From Podarcis pityusensis (taxonomy: Eukaryota), in the NCBI GenBank assembly GCA_964106645.2, contig OZ067047.1: a DNA stretch of 64,000 nt. One strand, 5' to 3'. Positions 1 to 11,100 of this stretch are shown here, one piece after another. Position 1 is the first letter of the stretch. Each line of letters begins with the position of its first letter. The position numbers and the translations under genes were made by a program. A model generated the notes under the pieces. That model saw only the letters and a list, made by a program, of their open reading frames with translations, made no database searches and was not told the DNA's origin.

Positions 1-362
1 TAGGGTGGGAGGAAGAGGTTTGTTATGTTTTAATCACTTCTGCACACTCTTAGAAAAACAAACTGTAAATTCCATGATGGTGATCACCAGGAAATTAAAA
101 CATGAAACTGAAATACCTTAATGAACTTCTATATATGCCAATGCTGCAGCTAATGCATGGTATAAAATTGATTGCCCCATCTCAAAAAGAACAATGTAGA
201 ACTGGGAAAGGGGCAGACAAAATAACCAAGGGCTTGGGAGAACCTCTCCTGCAAGGAACTGTACGACTATTTCAAAATTAATCAGTAGCAACATAAAACC
301 GTCGATAAGAAAACTACCAGTTTACACCACATCTGCACCAGGCATTTAAAGCACAATACTAC

Positions 363-900
363 TTTTAACAGTCATGGGTGTTGAAATGGCGTAGGCTGAA
401 TTAAGGGAAGAACTGTCCACCAGGCAAGCAGAGTTTTGCCGATGCAGATCTCCTAGATTGGTCGCCAGATTAAGACTGTGAAGAAAATGCCAGCAAAATG
501 AGAGCAACAAAGTGAACAATAATAGTCCATGTATGATGATCTCCCCCGCCTTTCCTTTGGGAAGCTTATAGAGGCTCATCAGAAAAAAAGACGTTGAAAA
601 AACGACGTTCCCAACTTATTCGGGTGTTACATAGCATCGCAGTAACAAGGGCGCCCATACGCACCGGACTGAAAGGGCAGGAAGAGGCACCTCCTTGCCC
701 ACACAGCTGTGGGACCCTGTTTGTTTCTTCTGGACCCTAATAGGGCCGATATCAGAAGCACTCCTTACCACTCCAATCACGCCGGAGTCTCTGCCGACCA
801 CGCCCACAATAGGCCCTTTTATGTCCTCCTCCCTGAGCGTTCTTCCGTCACCGTGGCAACTACTCGGAGCAAACCATTTATTTCTTGACCCTTTATGCAT
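363..900 (-). CDS. Candidate first two exons (900-665 and 475-~363) of a divergent gene, probably FAM227A by synteny
   Basis: ATG at 900 opens 78 codons +2 nt to donor CCG|GTGCGT (665/664). Acceptor TTTTCTTCACAG at 476/475 continues in matching phase (V-R|LNLATNLG...). TATAAAAG on the minus strand at 1051-1044. I cannot align the peptide to human FAM227A from memory, so identity rests on position only. The second donor is weak. Confidence 0.35.
847..860. promoter_or_regulatory. RFX X-box motif GTCACCGTGGCAAC
   Basis: Matches consensus GTNRCC(N0-3)RGYAAC, near the promoter of the ciliary gene CBY1. Confidence 0.45.
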
Positions 901-1039
901 CTCTAACAGATAGCATTAGATGCCGACTATGTCTGGCGAATCTGCGTGTGAGATGCAATTCGCTCACGAGCTCTGTTCCCGAGGGATAACACTGTTAACG
1001 TAATTTTACAACTCGGCCAAAACTCTTTTCTCTCCCCCC

Positions 1040-1550
1040 TCGCCTTTTATAAACAATGGTACGGTCCCGTCCGCGAGGCTGCCCTTCGATCCGCCTTTCC
1101 CGGCGGTTTGGGATACAACCATGACACGAAAAGAGGAGGGGTGCATTTTCTGATATTTTCACAAGCTTCCTCCAGACACAGGGCATTTTACTTATTTTGA
1201 GCCATTTAAAAAAAAATTCCGTCACTCTATGTATTTAAAATGAAATGCGTGTGCCCCCTCCTCTGTCCTGTGGAATTTTCGATTTCTTTCCTGGGGTGGT
1301 TCCGCCCGCTGTGCGTTTCTCGGCTACCGCAAGTCGCGAAGCTCCAAAGAGTGCGCATGCGCAATTGACCTCGGAGGATACAACCGGGGTGCGGAGGTGT
1401 GTTGTGCATCTGTTGGGTGAGGAGCTCCACGGTTGTGGGTGCGCGATGCTGGGGTGAAGCCACTTGGCGGGTTTAGGACGGCAGCGACTCTCGACTCCCC
1501 CCCCCCCGCTGCTTTATCTGCTGCGGTTTCGATCTGCCCCCTGAACAATG
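1040..1550. promoter_or_regulatory. CpG-rich bidirectional promoter region (CBY1 / divergent gene) with NRF1 site
   Basis: High CpG density; perfect NRF1 palindrome TGCGCATGCGCA at 1352-1363; possible non-coding exon 1 donor GG|GTGAGG at 1417. Confidence 0.6.
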
Positions 1551-2561
1551 GGATTCAGAGTATTAAGCTCCCACTATAACCAGAGTCAGGATTTTGTTGG
1601 GGTTAGTTAGGGGTCTCGGCACTTAAGGTGCCGCTAAGGTTGCCACTTGCCAGCCCGAGAGAGCTTTTAAACCAAGCTGTAGTTCAGGCAGATATTCAAC
1701 AGGTGCAGCTTTCCTAAAGATGGAGCTGCAGTGATGAGCTGCACCTGTTGATTTTTTGTATAGCGGTGCATCTGCTAAAGTTGTGTGAGTGTGTGTAAGA
1801 GGCGGGTGGAAAATACTTGTATTCCCAGCTACGTGGTGATAGATTTCCACACTCTCCTTAGATGAATCCAGTAATGCTAGGCATGGCTTCAAAGGGTCTC
1901 TCACATATTTACATAAATATGAAAACCACCTTTTACAAGATTCAGTTTAAGATATTGTGCCTGATCACACTCATTGTGCAGCTAAACCTCCAAGTCTGAC
2001 TTTGGTGAATAAGAAGCAATGACAACAGATTTCATTGTTTCAATATTAGTTCCAACATGGAGATAATTTTGAGGAATAGATTATGGCACTTTGCAGGCTT
2101 GTTGTTAAGGGCAGTGATGAGCAGAGAAAGGAATAGGATATGATAACCCTTTTTAATTTTTCAAGTATTCTGATCTTTTGCTACAACTGATATTTCCCAA
2201 ACCATGCACACACAAAAGCAGATTGAATGACCTGACCTGATGATTTCAAATATGTGAAAGATGGTGATGGATTAGTCTAATTTTGGGTTTGCAGATAGTA
2301 TTTGTTATTCTGTCACTTTCTGCTCTCTTAAATGGGATGTTTCCCCTCAGCCCAATAAAACTAAGTTAAAACTAAACAGATAAAACTAAACAGACAGATT
2401 AGTGCTAAGATCCACCAGACCTGTGGAGAGTGTGCAACCATTCTGCCTCCCCTATTCCCCTTGCAATTTTTTTATTTTTTTTGGTGATTGGAATAAAGGG
2501 AGGATTACATATGGATGACAACACTGTTTGTAATTCCTCCTAAAAATATGAGTGCATAAGG

Positions 2562-2680
2562 TATTATTATTATTTATTAAATTCATTACCCACCTTTCAT
2601 AATTAGATCCCAGGACTGGTTACAACCATTTAAAATTCATTATTAAAAACAGTTAAAACAAATTACAATATGGAATAGGG
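2562..2680 (-). mobile_element. L2-type LINE 3' end fragment
   Basis: TTATTATTTATTAAATT..ACCCACC..GGTTACAA pattern typical of reverse-oriented squamate L2 tails. Confidence 0.4.
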
Positions 2681-3034
2681 TGGCAATTCCACACAAAATA
2701 CTTAGTGTATTTAGTAGCCTAACATGAAGCCCAGAGTAGAAATGTTCTTTTAAAAAAAATATTACCAACCATTTTTCTTTAAAAAAGGTTAGGCTGGGGG
2801 AGCTGTAAATGTTTTAACTGTCTCCAGATCCACGCGAACTAGAAACTTGTTTCTGGAAAATGACAGTTATTGTTCTATTTTGATGACACTAAGTAGGCCA
2901 ATCTGCTCTGACTCACAGCCTCTTAATGTTGTACACAGTGATGAGGTCATGAGGTAATGGTCTTTTGTTTGTTTTGCTTCCTTCTTATTTCAGGCAACCA
3001 GAACAATTCTAACAAGCTTTTAAGCGAGGAAGCC

Positions 3035-3112
3035 ATGCCGCTCTTTGGAAACACATTCAGTCCAAAGAAAACCCCACCCAGGAAATCAGCCTCACTTTCC
3101 AATTTGCACATG
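3035..3112 (+). CDS. CBY1: CBY1 coding exon 1
   Basis: Acceptor at 2993/2994, GCCATG start, donor GTAAGT at 3113. Confidence 0.95.
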
Positions 3113-5471
3113 GTAAGTTCTGGAACCTAAAACAGGTTTCTGGGACCTAATTCTCCCCTTTTTTAAAATAGAGTCCCAGGGTCCCCCAGCTACAGTCAGT
3201 CACAAAATAGTGCCTTGGAAACTAGAGAGGCAGAGCCAGTCACAGCCATATGCTGCGCACAGAATGTATCATAGACTGGAGTGTGCTGCCCATAGAAATC
3301 CATAAATACTACAGACCATGGGTTTTATACAGTCGTGCTCAGTGTAGATTTGAAATTAAGTTAGTCATTGCCATTCACTTCAAAAGGTCTGTTTTGAGCA
3401 GGACTGGCATAGGATACAACCCCATCAATTCTGACACAAAACTCTTAAGCAGCTACACAACAGGAACAACTACACAGGCAACTTATTAAGACCTCTAATT
3501 TACAAGCAAGGAGTACCAACACTTAGAATAGCTCATCCACTCCTAGAAAGAAAAAGGGTTATGTTTCAGATTCTTGCTCTGATTTTTTTGAGTGGAAGGT
3601 CTGAATCATAACTATTGCAATTGTCTTTTAAAAACAAATAAACCATGCATCTTTGTTACACAGTGTGTCTGTCCCCCGTACCACTGTTTTAGCAGGTAAA
3701 ATCTTGGATTAACAAAACCAGGGATGGGGAATATTATTCAACCCAAGGGCCCCTGTGGGGAACCTTTTGAGGGCCACATGCCAGTTTTGGGCAAGATCAG
3801 AGTCAAAGTGGACAGAACAATGAATATGACTCTTATCTTTTGTATAGTTGAGTTGAGGAGAATGAAAACAAAACGTTGTGTCCATTTTCCTCCTACAGCT
3901 GGATAGATCAAGCCGGGAGATTGAGCTAGGCCTGGAGTATGGCACTCCTGTCATGACCCTTACTGGACAGAGTATGAGGTTTGAGAATGGCCAGTGGATA
4001 GCAGGTGAGAGAGAACACTAATCCTGTTGGCCATAATCCAAAGGCAATCCTTATCAGGTTCTCAGCGGCCTCATCCTGTCCCTCAGAAGATACAACCCTT
4101 GTAATAACCCCCAGCCATCCTGAGTCTGTACTCCCATTGTCCTGATTCAGCTTGCGAGAGGAGGCTTATCCCATATTTCTGGTAGTTTTTAAGGAGTTCA
4201 TCTACATGTGCTGTGAAGTCTGAATCCTGGACCCTTTCAGATAGGTGTGTTTTCGGGATCTCTGAAGGGCTTTCCTCCTTACCCCCTTATTTGATGTACT
4301 CTGGCAAATAGTAGTAGTGTTGATGCTCGTTCTGGTTTCCGGCCTTGGGTCAGGAGTGGTATTTGTGTTGTAGTCTGGGTCTGACTAGGTGCAGATGCTA
4401 GCTTGAGTGGGTGCCTGTGCATGGTTCACCAATGGTCATTCATCTCACAAGGCTACTGACACTCTTCTTGGGGAGGACATTTAATAGGGTGTCTTAAAGG
4501 TACACCAAGATGTCAGCACATTGACCGTGTTGGATTTCATCTAGCTAATGCAGTTGCTTCTCAGAGCTGCCAGAGGCCATAGTTGTGTAGTTTTTGACAC
4601 TTTTCTGTGAGTGCAAGGTGATTCTAGTACTGACCACTTTCTCTCTCCTAGAATCATTTGGGGACACTGGGGACCGCAGGGAGGCAAACCGCCTTCGGAA
4701 ACGGATCCAGCAGCTGGAGGAAGAGAACAATCTCCTACAGCTGAAAATTGACATTTTGTTGGATATGGTGAGAATGAGGTGATTCACTCACCTCTGTGCA
4801 TCAATATGTCTTTGATACCTGCATTAATTTCTCTACTTGATACAAAACCAGGGGAATGACAATGGTGACACAGTGAGTCAATGTCTCGTGCGATTCAAAC
4901 CAGGCCCCAGAACACTTGATGATCTTATTGAGAACCACAGCTGTCAACTTTTCCCTTTTCTTGGGAGGAATCCTATTTGGAATAAGGAAATTTCTTTTTT
5001 AAAAAGGGAAACGTTGACAGCTTTGTTGAGAACCCTGGGTTCCTTTTATGAGAAGATAGGCAGTGGCAGCATGGCTGCCCAGAAAAGAGCTTTTCCAATA
5101 TTATTCTATTGATTTCCCCCACAAAGCCCAGGTTCATAAGGAATATGAAATGCATTCCAGAGGACTAGTGCTGGCCATTCATTGTGAATGTGCCTCATAA
5201 CAAGTCCCAGAATCATCTGCAATAGGCAGAAGTTAATGGAAGATGCTATGATGTAGAAGGAATTCCCTGTGGATTTGTAGTTTGAAATCCCCTGCTTTAG
5301 AGAGAAACAAACAAACGTACTTGTTTTTAAGGGTTACCAGCACTAAAACAACATGGGAAAACAAATGCCATTTCTTCCTTTTATTTGTAGCTCTCTGAGA
5401 CGACTGCAGAGTCTCACCTCATGCAGAAAGAGATGGAGGAACTGAAAAATTATAGCCGAAAGAGGAAGTGA
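3035..5471 (+). CDS. CBY1: Protein chibby homolog 1, 126 aa; join(3035-3112,3899-4004,4652-4767,5391-5471)
   Basis: Spliced translation MPLFGNTFSPKKTPPRKSASLSNLHM-LDRSSREIELGLEYG...QLEEENNLLQLKIDILLDM-LSETTAESHLMQKEMEELKNYSRKRK. RKSAS 14-3-3 motif, coiled coil and C-terminal RKRK present; all GT-AG with consistent phases. Confidence 0.97.
3899..4004 (+). CDS. CBY1: CBY1 coding exon 2
   Basis: CCTACAG|CTG..GCAG|GTGAGA; LDRSSREIELGLEYGTPVMTLTGQSMRFENGQWIA. Confidence 0.95.
4652..4767 (+). CDS. CBY1: CBY1 coding exon 3
   Basis: CTCCTAG|AA..ATG|GTGAGA; coiled-coil region. Confidence 0.95.
5391..5471 (+). CDS. CBY1: CBY1 last coding exon
   Basis: TTTGTAG|CTC..AAG TGA. Confidence 0.95.
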   Translation, partial: LSETTAESHLMQKEMEELKNYSRKRK

Positions 5472-6649
5472 ACTGGATGTGAGGGCCTCTAAGAGGTGGA
5501 AGAGGGAAGAGCAAGAGGATATGGTTAAAACCATCCACTGCAAGGAACTTAGGAAGCCACACCTGCCTTGGAAGACATTTGTTGTTGTGACCTTACGTTG
5601 CTGGATATCCAGCCAGGACTCCAAATGTGAAATACTACACGTTCTACAGTGCTGTCAGAAAGCAGCTATCCTACTTTTCTTCTTCCCTAATGGAGCTTCT
5701 ATCCAAGTGCTCTTAACATATTTCCGCAATATACATTTAATTTAATCAGTAGCAGGTAGTGGTTTGTAGTTAATAAGCATCTCTTCCCACCCACCCAAGA
5801 AGGCAATCAAGATCATGGGGTGTGCGGAGAGCAAAAGGAAATGGGAGAAACTGCTTGCAACATATAGCTACATACTCTTGCTGTCTCTCTCTTAACATGT
5901 TTCAGAAATGCTTTTCAATTGACTGTTTCGTATCTTTGGGACGCATAATTCTCTGGAAAAGTAAGGTCCTGAACCTGAGCCAGTGAGCTGATACAGACAC
6001 CACTGGGGATAGGCACATCCTGGGCCCTTACCCTTATAGTCCTGCAATATATGTTAGTGAGGGAAACCTATGATAATCGGAGATGGCAGTGAACAATTTG
6101 GGAAGTTACATGTTTCAGTCGGCTCACAGTCATTCTGAATAGCAGTGGCCTAAACTCTAAAGCTGACTGACACACCACGGGGGGGGGGGGGGGAGGGACC
6201 TTTTCAGCATAGTGGGCCAGATCCTTAGTTCACCCAAATGTCAATCATCTGATGTCACTGTGTTTTGAGGTGACCTATTTTTCCTTTGCAGAGCAGCTTG
6301 AGTTCACAGCCACAGTACAGTGATGTACCGGGAAGCATGAGACCTCTGTCCTATATGTTCTTTCATCTCTTCCTTTCCCACGCCAGCCCAGTGATGTGCT
6401 GTATTGCCTTATTAGTATGACAAAACTCCACATTGAACAACTGGTTCTCTTCCATTTTTATCCCTCTCCTTCATGATGTATCAGAGTTCTATAACACTCC
6501 ATGAATTCTGTGTGCTTTCTGCCTTCTTCCTTATCTTGGTAAAAAACAATTCTTCAGGCAATTCTTTGTACAGCCACCAGTTCCATTCAGGCCACTGTAA
6601 GTTAAATGTTGAGTTAAATTGTTGTATAAATCTATTTTTATACTTTAAA

Positions 6650-6655
6650 AATAAA
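6650..6655 (+). terminator. Likely CBY1 polyadenylation signal
   Basis: AATAAA in AT-rich context followed by GT/T-rich sequence. Confidence 0.6.
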
Positions 6656-6810
6656 GTCATTACAGTGTTTCTATTGCTGCAGTGTTGACTTGTGTATTTG
6701 TTTTATTACATAGCCCATTACTCTACTCTGGGTGGTGTTTTAAGGGACATCGTCCTAGTTCAAAAGAAATCTGGCCCTCCTCAAGATTAACTCCCCAGAA
6801 AAGTATTAAT

Positions 6811-6812
<2 letters not shown>

Positions 6813-6840
<28 letters not shown>
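6813..6840. repeat. (TA)n microsatellite
   Basis: Read directly. Confidence 0.95.
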
Positions 6841-6847
<7 letters not shown>

Positions 6848-7233
6848 GCACCCTGAAAACATGGATGCTATATATATTTACATCCACACACACATTTACC
6901 TACCATATTATTTACCCCTTCGGAAGTGCAAAAGCCCCATTCTTCAGGATATACTCTCTTTAGAATAAATCTTCGTTTGCCTTCTGGAATTTTGAGTCCT
7001 GTGTGTGAATAAAAGGGCCTGCTTTGTTGGTGGGCGGACGGGAGCTCTTCAACTTAAAAAGCACCAGAGCCTCAGAGGTCAGAAAAACAAACATATCTGC
7101 CCAAGAAGACTGAGCTCAGTAGCCATGGGATCCTGAATGTCATTGGAAAAATGAAAGAGAGATGGAGTCGGACTGTCGGAAAGAGGGAAATCCCCTGCCG
7201 GATCTCTTTGCATCCTGTTGCAGAGGCGGCCAT

Positions 7234-7337
7234 TGTGGTGGCCTCCAGATGTTGCTGGACTCAGCCCAGCCAACACTGGCCCATAGTCAGGGATGATGGG
7301 AGTTGCAGTGCATCAACATCTGCAGGGGGCCACCACA
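7234..7337. mobile_element. Short palindromic MITE; related copies at about 21030-21112, 27225-27335, 33190-33305, 41520-41620, 50655-50770, 51858-51965, 62575-62670 and 63920-64000
   Basis: TGTGGTGGCC...GGCCACCACA ends; shared core CCTCCAGATGTT..ACTACAACTCCCATCA..TGATGGGAGTTG..AACATCTG recurs across the window. Confidence 0.7.
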
Positions 7338-7703
7338 TCTTACAATGTCCCTGCCTTATAATTTCCCGTCGGGGGGAGTGGGCTGGCTGACCAGCACCAT
7401 AAGCAGAACCACTCTGGTCGTAAGGCGAGAATACGCTGCAACATCCCACAAATAAATCCAATTCAGCTCAGAGAAGAAAGAGCAGCCGTGTCTGCAGCTG
7501 GGGGCTGCCTTTGCGCGACGACAACGAGCGAGCCCTGCGTTGCCTTTTCAAACTCTTCCTCCCGGCCGCTGGGTGTCGCTGCACAGCGGCAGAGCCCAGC
7601 CCGCGCGCTTCCGCTCTCCATCTCCTTCCGCTTCCGGCGACGCTCGCTCTCTCCGCCGCCGGCCGCCTGCCTCGTCGTTGCCTGCCCTCCCCTCGTTGCA
7701 GTC

Positions 7704-7808
7704 ATGGCCGCCGCGATGCCCCTTTCCCCGGAGGACGTGCTGCTGCCCAAGTCCGCGGCGGGCAAGGCCGAAGAGCTGGAGGAGGAGGTGGAGGACGACG
7801 ACGACGAG
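7704..7808 (+). CDS. TOMM22: TOMM22 exon 1
   Basis: GTCATGG start, 35 codons, GAG|GTAATG. Confidence 0.93.
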
Positions 7809-8070
7809 GTAATGCCAGCCCCTGCTGCCGCGAAAGCGCGGAGCTTGGCCGGGCGGCCATGTGCGAGGTGACCCCTCTCTGGAGTCGGCCCTGCCTTGGG
7901 CCCAGGTGGGGAGCTCGAGTGAGCTGAAGCCCCGGCCAAGAGACGCTGGAGGAGGAGCAGCACGGGAAGCATCTCCTCTGTGTGTTTTCTGCAGGGGGCC
8001 TTGCACGAGCCGGGAGGGGGAGGGGCCTCGACGGAGGGGCGGTGCCTGCTGAGGTTTCTCCTTGCAGGAG

Positions 8071-8120
<50 letters not shown>

Positions 8121-11100
8121 GGCATCTGGCTGGCGGCTGCTGAGAACGAAGCTCCGGACTAGATCGGCCTTTGCTCCCATGCAGCAGGGCTCTTTCAGTG
8201 TTAACGGGGTCCGGGTTTAGGGGGCAGGTCTTGTTTTGTGGGGCTCCCGCCCTCATCTCTCCTTTCCCCGTTTGCAGCTGGACGAGACGCTGGCAGAGAG
8301 GCTCTGGGGCTTGACAGAGATGTTCCCGGAAAGCGTCCGATCGGCGGCTGGAGCTACGTTCGGCGTGTCTCTTTCTGTAGCCCAGAAAATGTACAGGTGA
8401 GGAGGGGGAAATGGGAGGTGAGGACCCAAGCCCCTTGTTCCCTGGTCCTCAGATACCATGTGCAGGTTTGTGGGTGGTTAAGGTAGCCCTTCTCAGGGAA
8501 GTGGCTGGCTCCTTCAGCCACCAAGGGATGGAGAATTGTTAGGGAGTTGGTGGTGTTTTGCGTTTCTTAAGTTGGACAGACAGCCATAGAGAACGCTTAG
8601 ACGCCTTAACTCAGAACTCTAGATGTGTGTGTGTTTTTAGTGTGAGGATAGAAATGACCCGTTGTAAGCTGTTTGGATAATGATGGTCAAGCAGTTGAGA
8701 ATGTACCATGCATATTCAAGCTTTAATGAAGAAAAGGCTGATAAATGAATGCAAATTAAATATAAAAAACCCGTTGCCTGCAAGGAGCCATTGACATGGA
8801 ATTGATCATAAATAATTGAGATCATTGTGATATCTGTAGTTGGGGAGAAAAGGGGTTCTATATTTACTTGTGAGAGTGAAGTTCTAGAGAACTATTTTGA
8901 GTATGCTCAGAAATATAGCACTCATAAGTTCAACTTAGTTCAACTAAGATGAGACCTTGTAAAGGGCTTGGGCCCTTTATTCCCTGAAATTGTAATTTTC
9001 CTTTTGTTCGCTCTTTAAACTCTTTTATTACACACACATACTCCATATAGACATGAATAATAAATGCAAGGCTGTACTACACCAATCAATTTGTCATCAA
9101 ATATAAATATAAATTTCTCAGGTTGTGGACACAAAATAACCCTGTTAAATAGAATTTATATTCTCATTTTGTTCTTTTTTTTAATGTAGTCATGATCATT
9201 TTTCTTAATCATTCTGAAACAGAATACATACTAAGAAGTTTCCATTCAGAAGAAACCAAAATTATTGCTTCTAACAAAAGATTGTGAATCAGTGATTTGC
9301 TTGAAATATAATTATATTCTTTTAAGACCTCCAGTAAAATAATTTCCAGAAGAATATCCTTGTAAGTCTTTTGCAGCAAAAACAAAAAATCCTATGATTC
9401 TTTTAAAAATGACAAGCTTTTTATAGCCAAAACTTTCATGGATTAAAGTTCATTTTGTCAGATGTATGAAGTATTATCCTGAGATAGGTATATATGACGA
9501 ACCACTGTTGGCTGCTAATGATTAAAATTAAAATGTTGCTCTTCCAGGTGTTTCAAATTTTGTGAGGGTTGGAAAGCATAGCTTTGGTCTCTTGTTTAAT
9601 TTCTAAGCTTTCATGACACAGTATCCTAATGTTCCCACAAAGATCAATCCATCTATTTAACTCCCCTCCCCCCTAAAAACCATTATTAGTGAGTTGAGGA
9701 GGAAAGGTTTTTCTTTTGAACAGATATCCAGTTATGTCCACTCATGAACAAACTTCTGTGCGCAGAAGAGGATTTCCCCTTCCCATTGTAGTCTCTGCAT
9801 GCTCAAGTTTGCTCTGGAGGGTTGGGGAGCTTTTCAGAACAGATTTGGGATCTAAAGTGTGCTGTGGATGACAGAAAGCTGCATCACATGAGTAGAAGGC
9901 TGTTTGTTTGATGTTGGATATCACTCAGGTTGCCTATGATCTTTAAGGAAACTTCATTATGGTATAAAACCAAACTTTATACACTATTTATGCATTTAGT
10001 TCCTTCCTTTGCTAATTCTTTGTGTTTGAATGGAATCTTGGTAGTTTTAAGGGAGAAATCCTGGAGGTATTTCAGATTGTGATGGATATTGATAGGGAGA
10101 GTATTTATATTTGGAAGCAAAAAATATGATTGTGATGAGACATGTTGTAAGGTTCACATACACTAATGTTGCCATAGGAAGGGGATTTAAGGCTGCAATC
10201 CCATAACCGTTTACCAGGGAGTATAAGTTTAGATAAGTGGAGCTTACCTTGGAGTATATATGAATAGGATTGTACTGAAACTGGAATAATAGTCTAATGC
10301 AATCTAACAGTGAGATCTTTAGGATAAGTCATTTCCGTTGTAGTGAAGTTGGAAACATTAGCTTATTACCTTCTCTCCCCTTCTCCCACCCCAAAAAAAG
10401 ATTCTCCAGGGCAGCTTTGTGGATTGGGACCACTTCCTTCATGATCCTAGTTCTTCCTGTTGTTTTTGAAACTGAGAAACTGCAAATGGAGCAGCAACAG
10501 CAGATGCAACAGCGACAGGTGAGAACTGAATTACAGCATTTTTTGGCCTATTAAGTCTGTGATTCTCATCCTTTTCAGAATGTTCCTCCTTTTATCTGTG
10601 AATCTTCCTCCACCACGCAGTACATTTAATTCCTGAATCTTTGCATAATTACCTGTCTCAAAGCATCTAGTGGATCGGTTTCACTGTATTTGATTCCTTT
10701 CTTCATCTATATCTTTTTGTGCACGTTTGCTCATGTAGCATATACCTTTGCTATATGATGAAATAATAGCCCCCCTCATTTACTGCATGACCTCTTTCAC
10801 TTTTTTTCTCCTGATGAATCACTTCCCGCAGTGTCTTTTACAGGCATTCCATCATCAGAACACTTTCCAGTCACCCCAGCTGCTGATGAAAGATGGGGTA
10901 GATTTCTGCAGTCTCTTCCTTTCTATGTTAATTCTAGCTTTTGTACTTCCCATAATTGCACCGAACCAGCTGAAAGAGTACAAAACACCACATTCCCAGA
11001 TTTGGCTGGGGTATTGCCTATTTTGTGACTTCAGAAGCACGTTGGCAGATGGTTATGTCTGCTCACAGCAAAACTTCTGAGTGATGACATTTGACTGGCC

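Larger units (their letters stand above)
7480..8400 (+). promoter_or_regulatory. CpG island / TOMM22 promoter and exons 1-2
   Basis: High CpG; tandem ETS/GABP-like CTTCCGCTTCCGG at about 7625-7637. Confidence 0.75.

Noticed and set aside
8055-8070. Acceptor-like TTTCTCCTTGCAG in TOMM22 intron 1
   Set aside because: Followed by a microsatellite with no convincing donor; exons 1 and 2 already join in frame
7463-8180. Minus-strand ORFs with poly-Ile and poly-Asn (220 and 210 aa)
   Set aside because: Produced by the (ATT)n microsatellite plus antisense reading of the GC-rich TOMM22 CpG island
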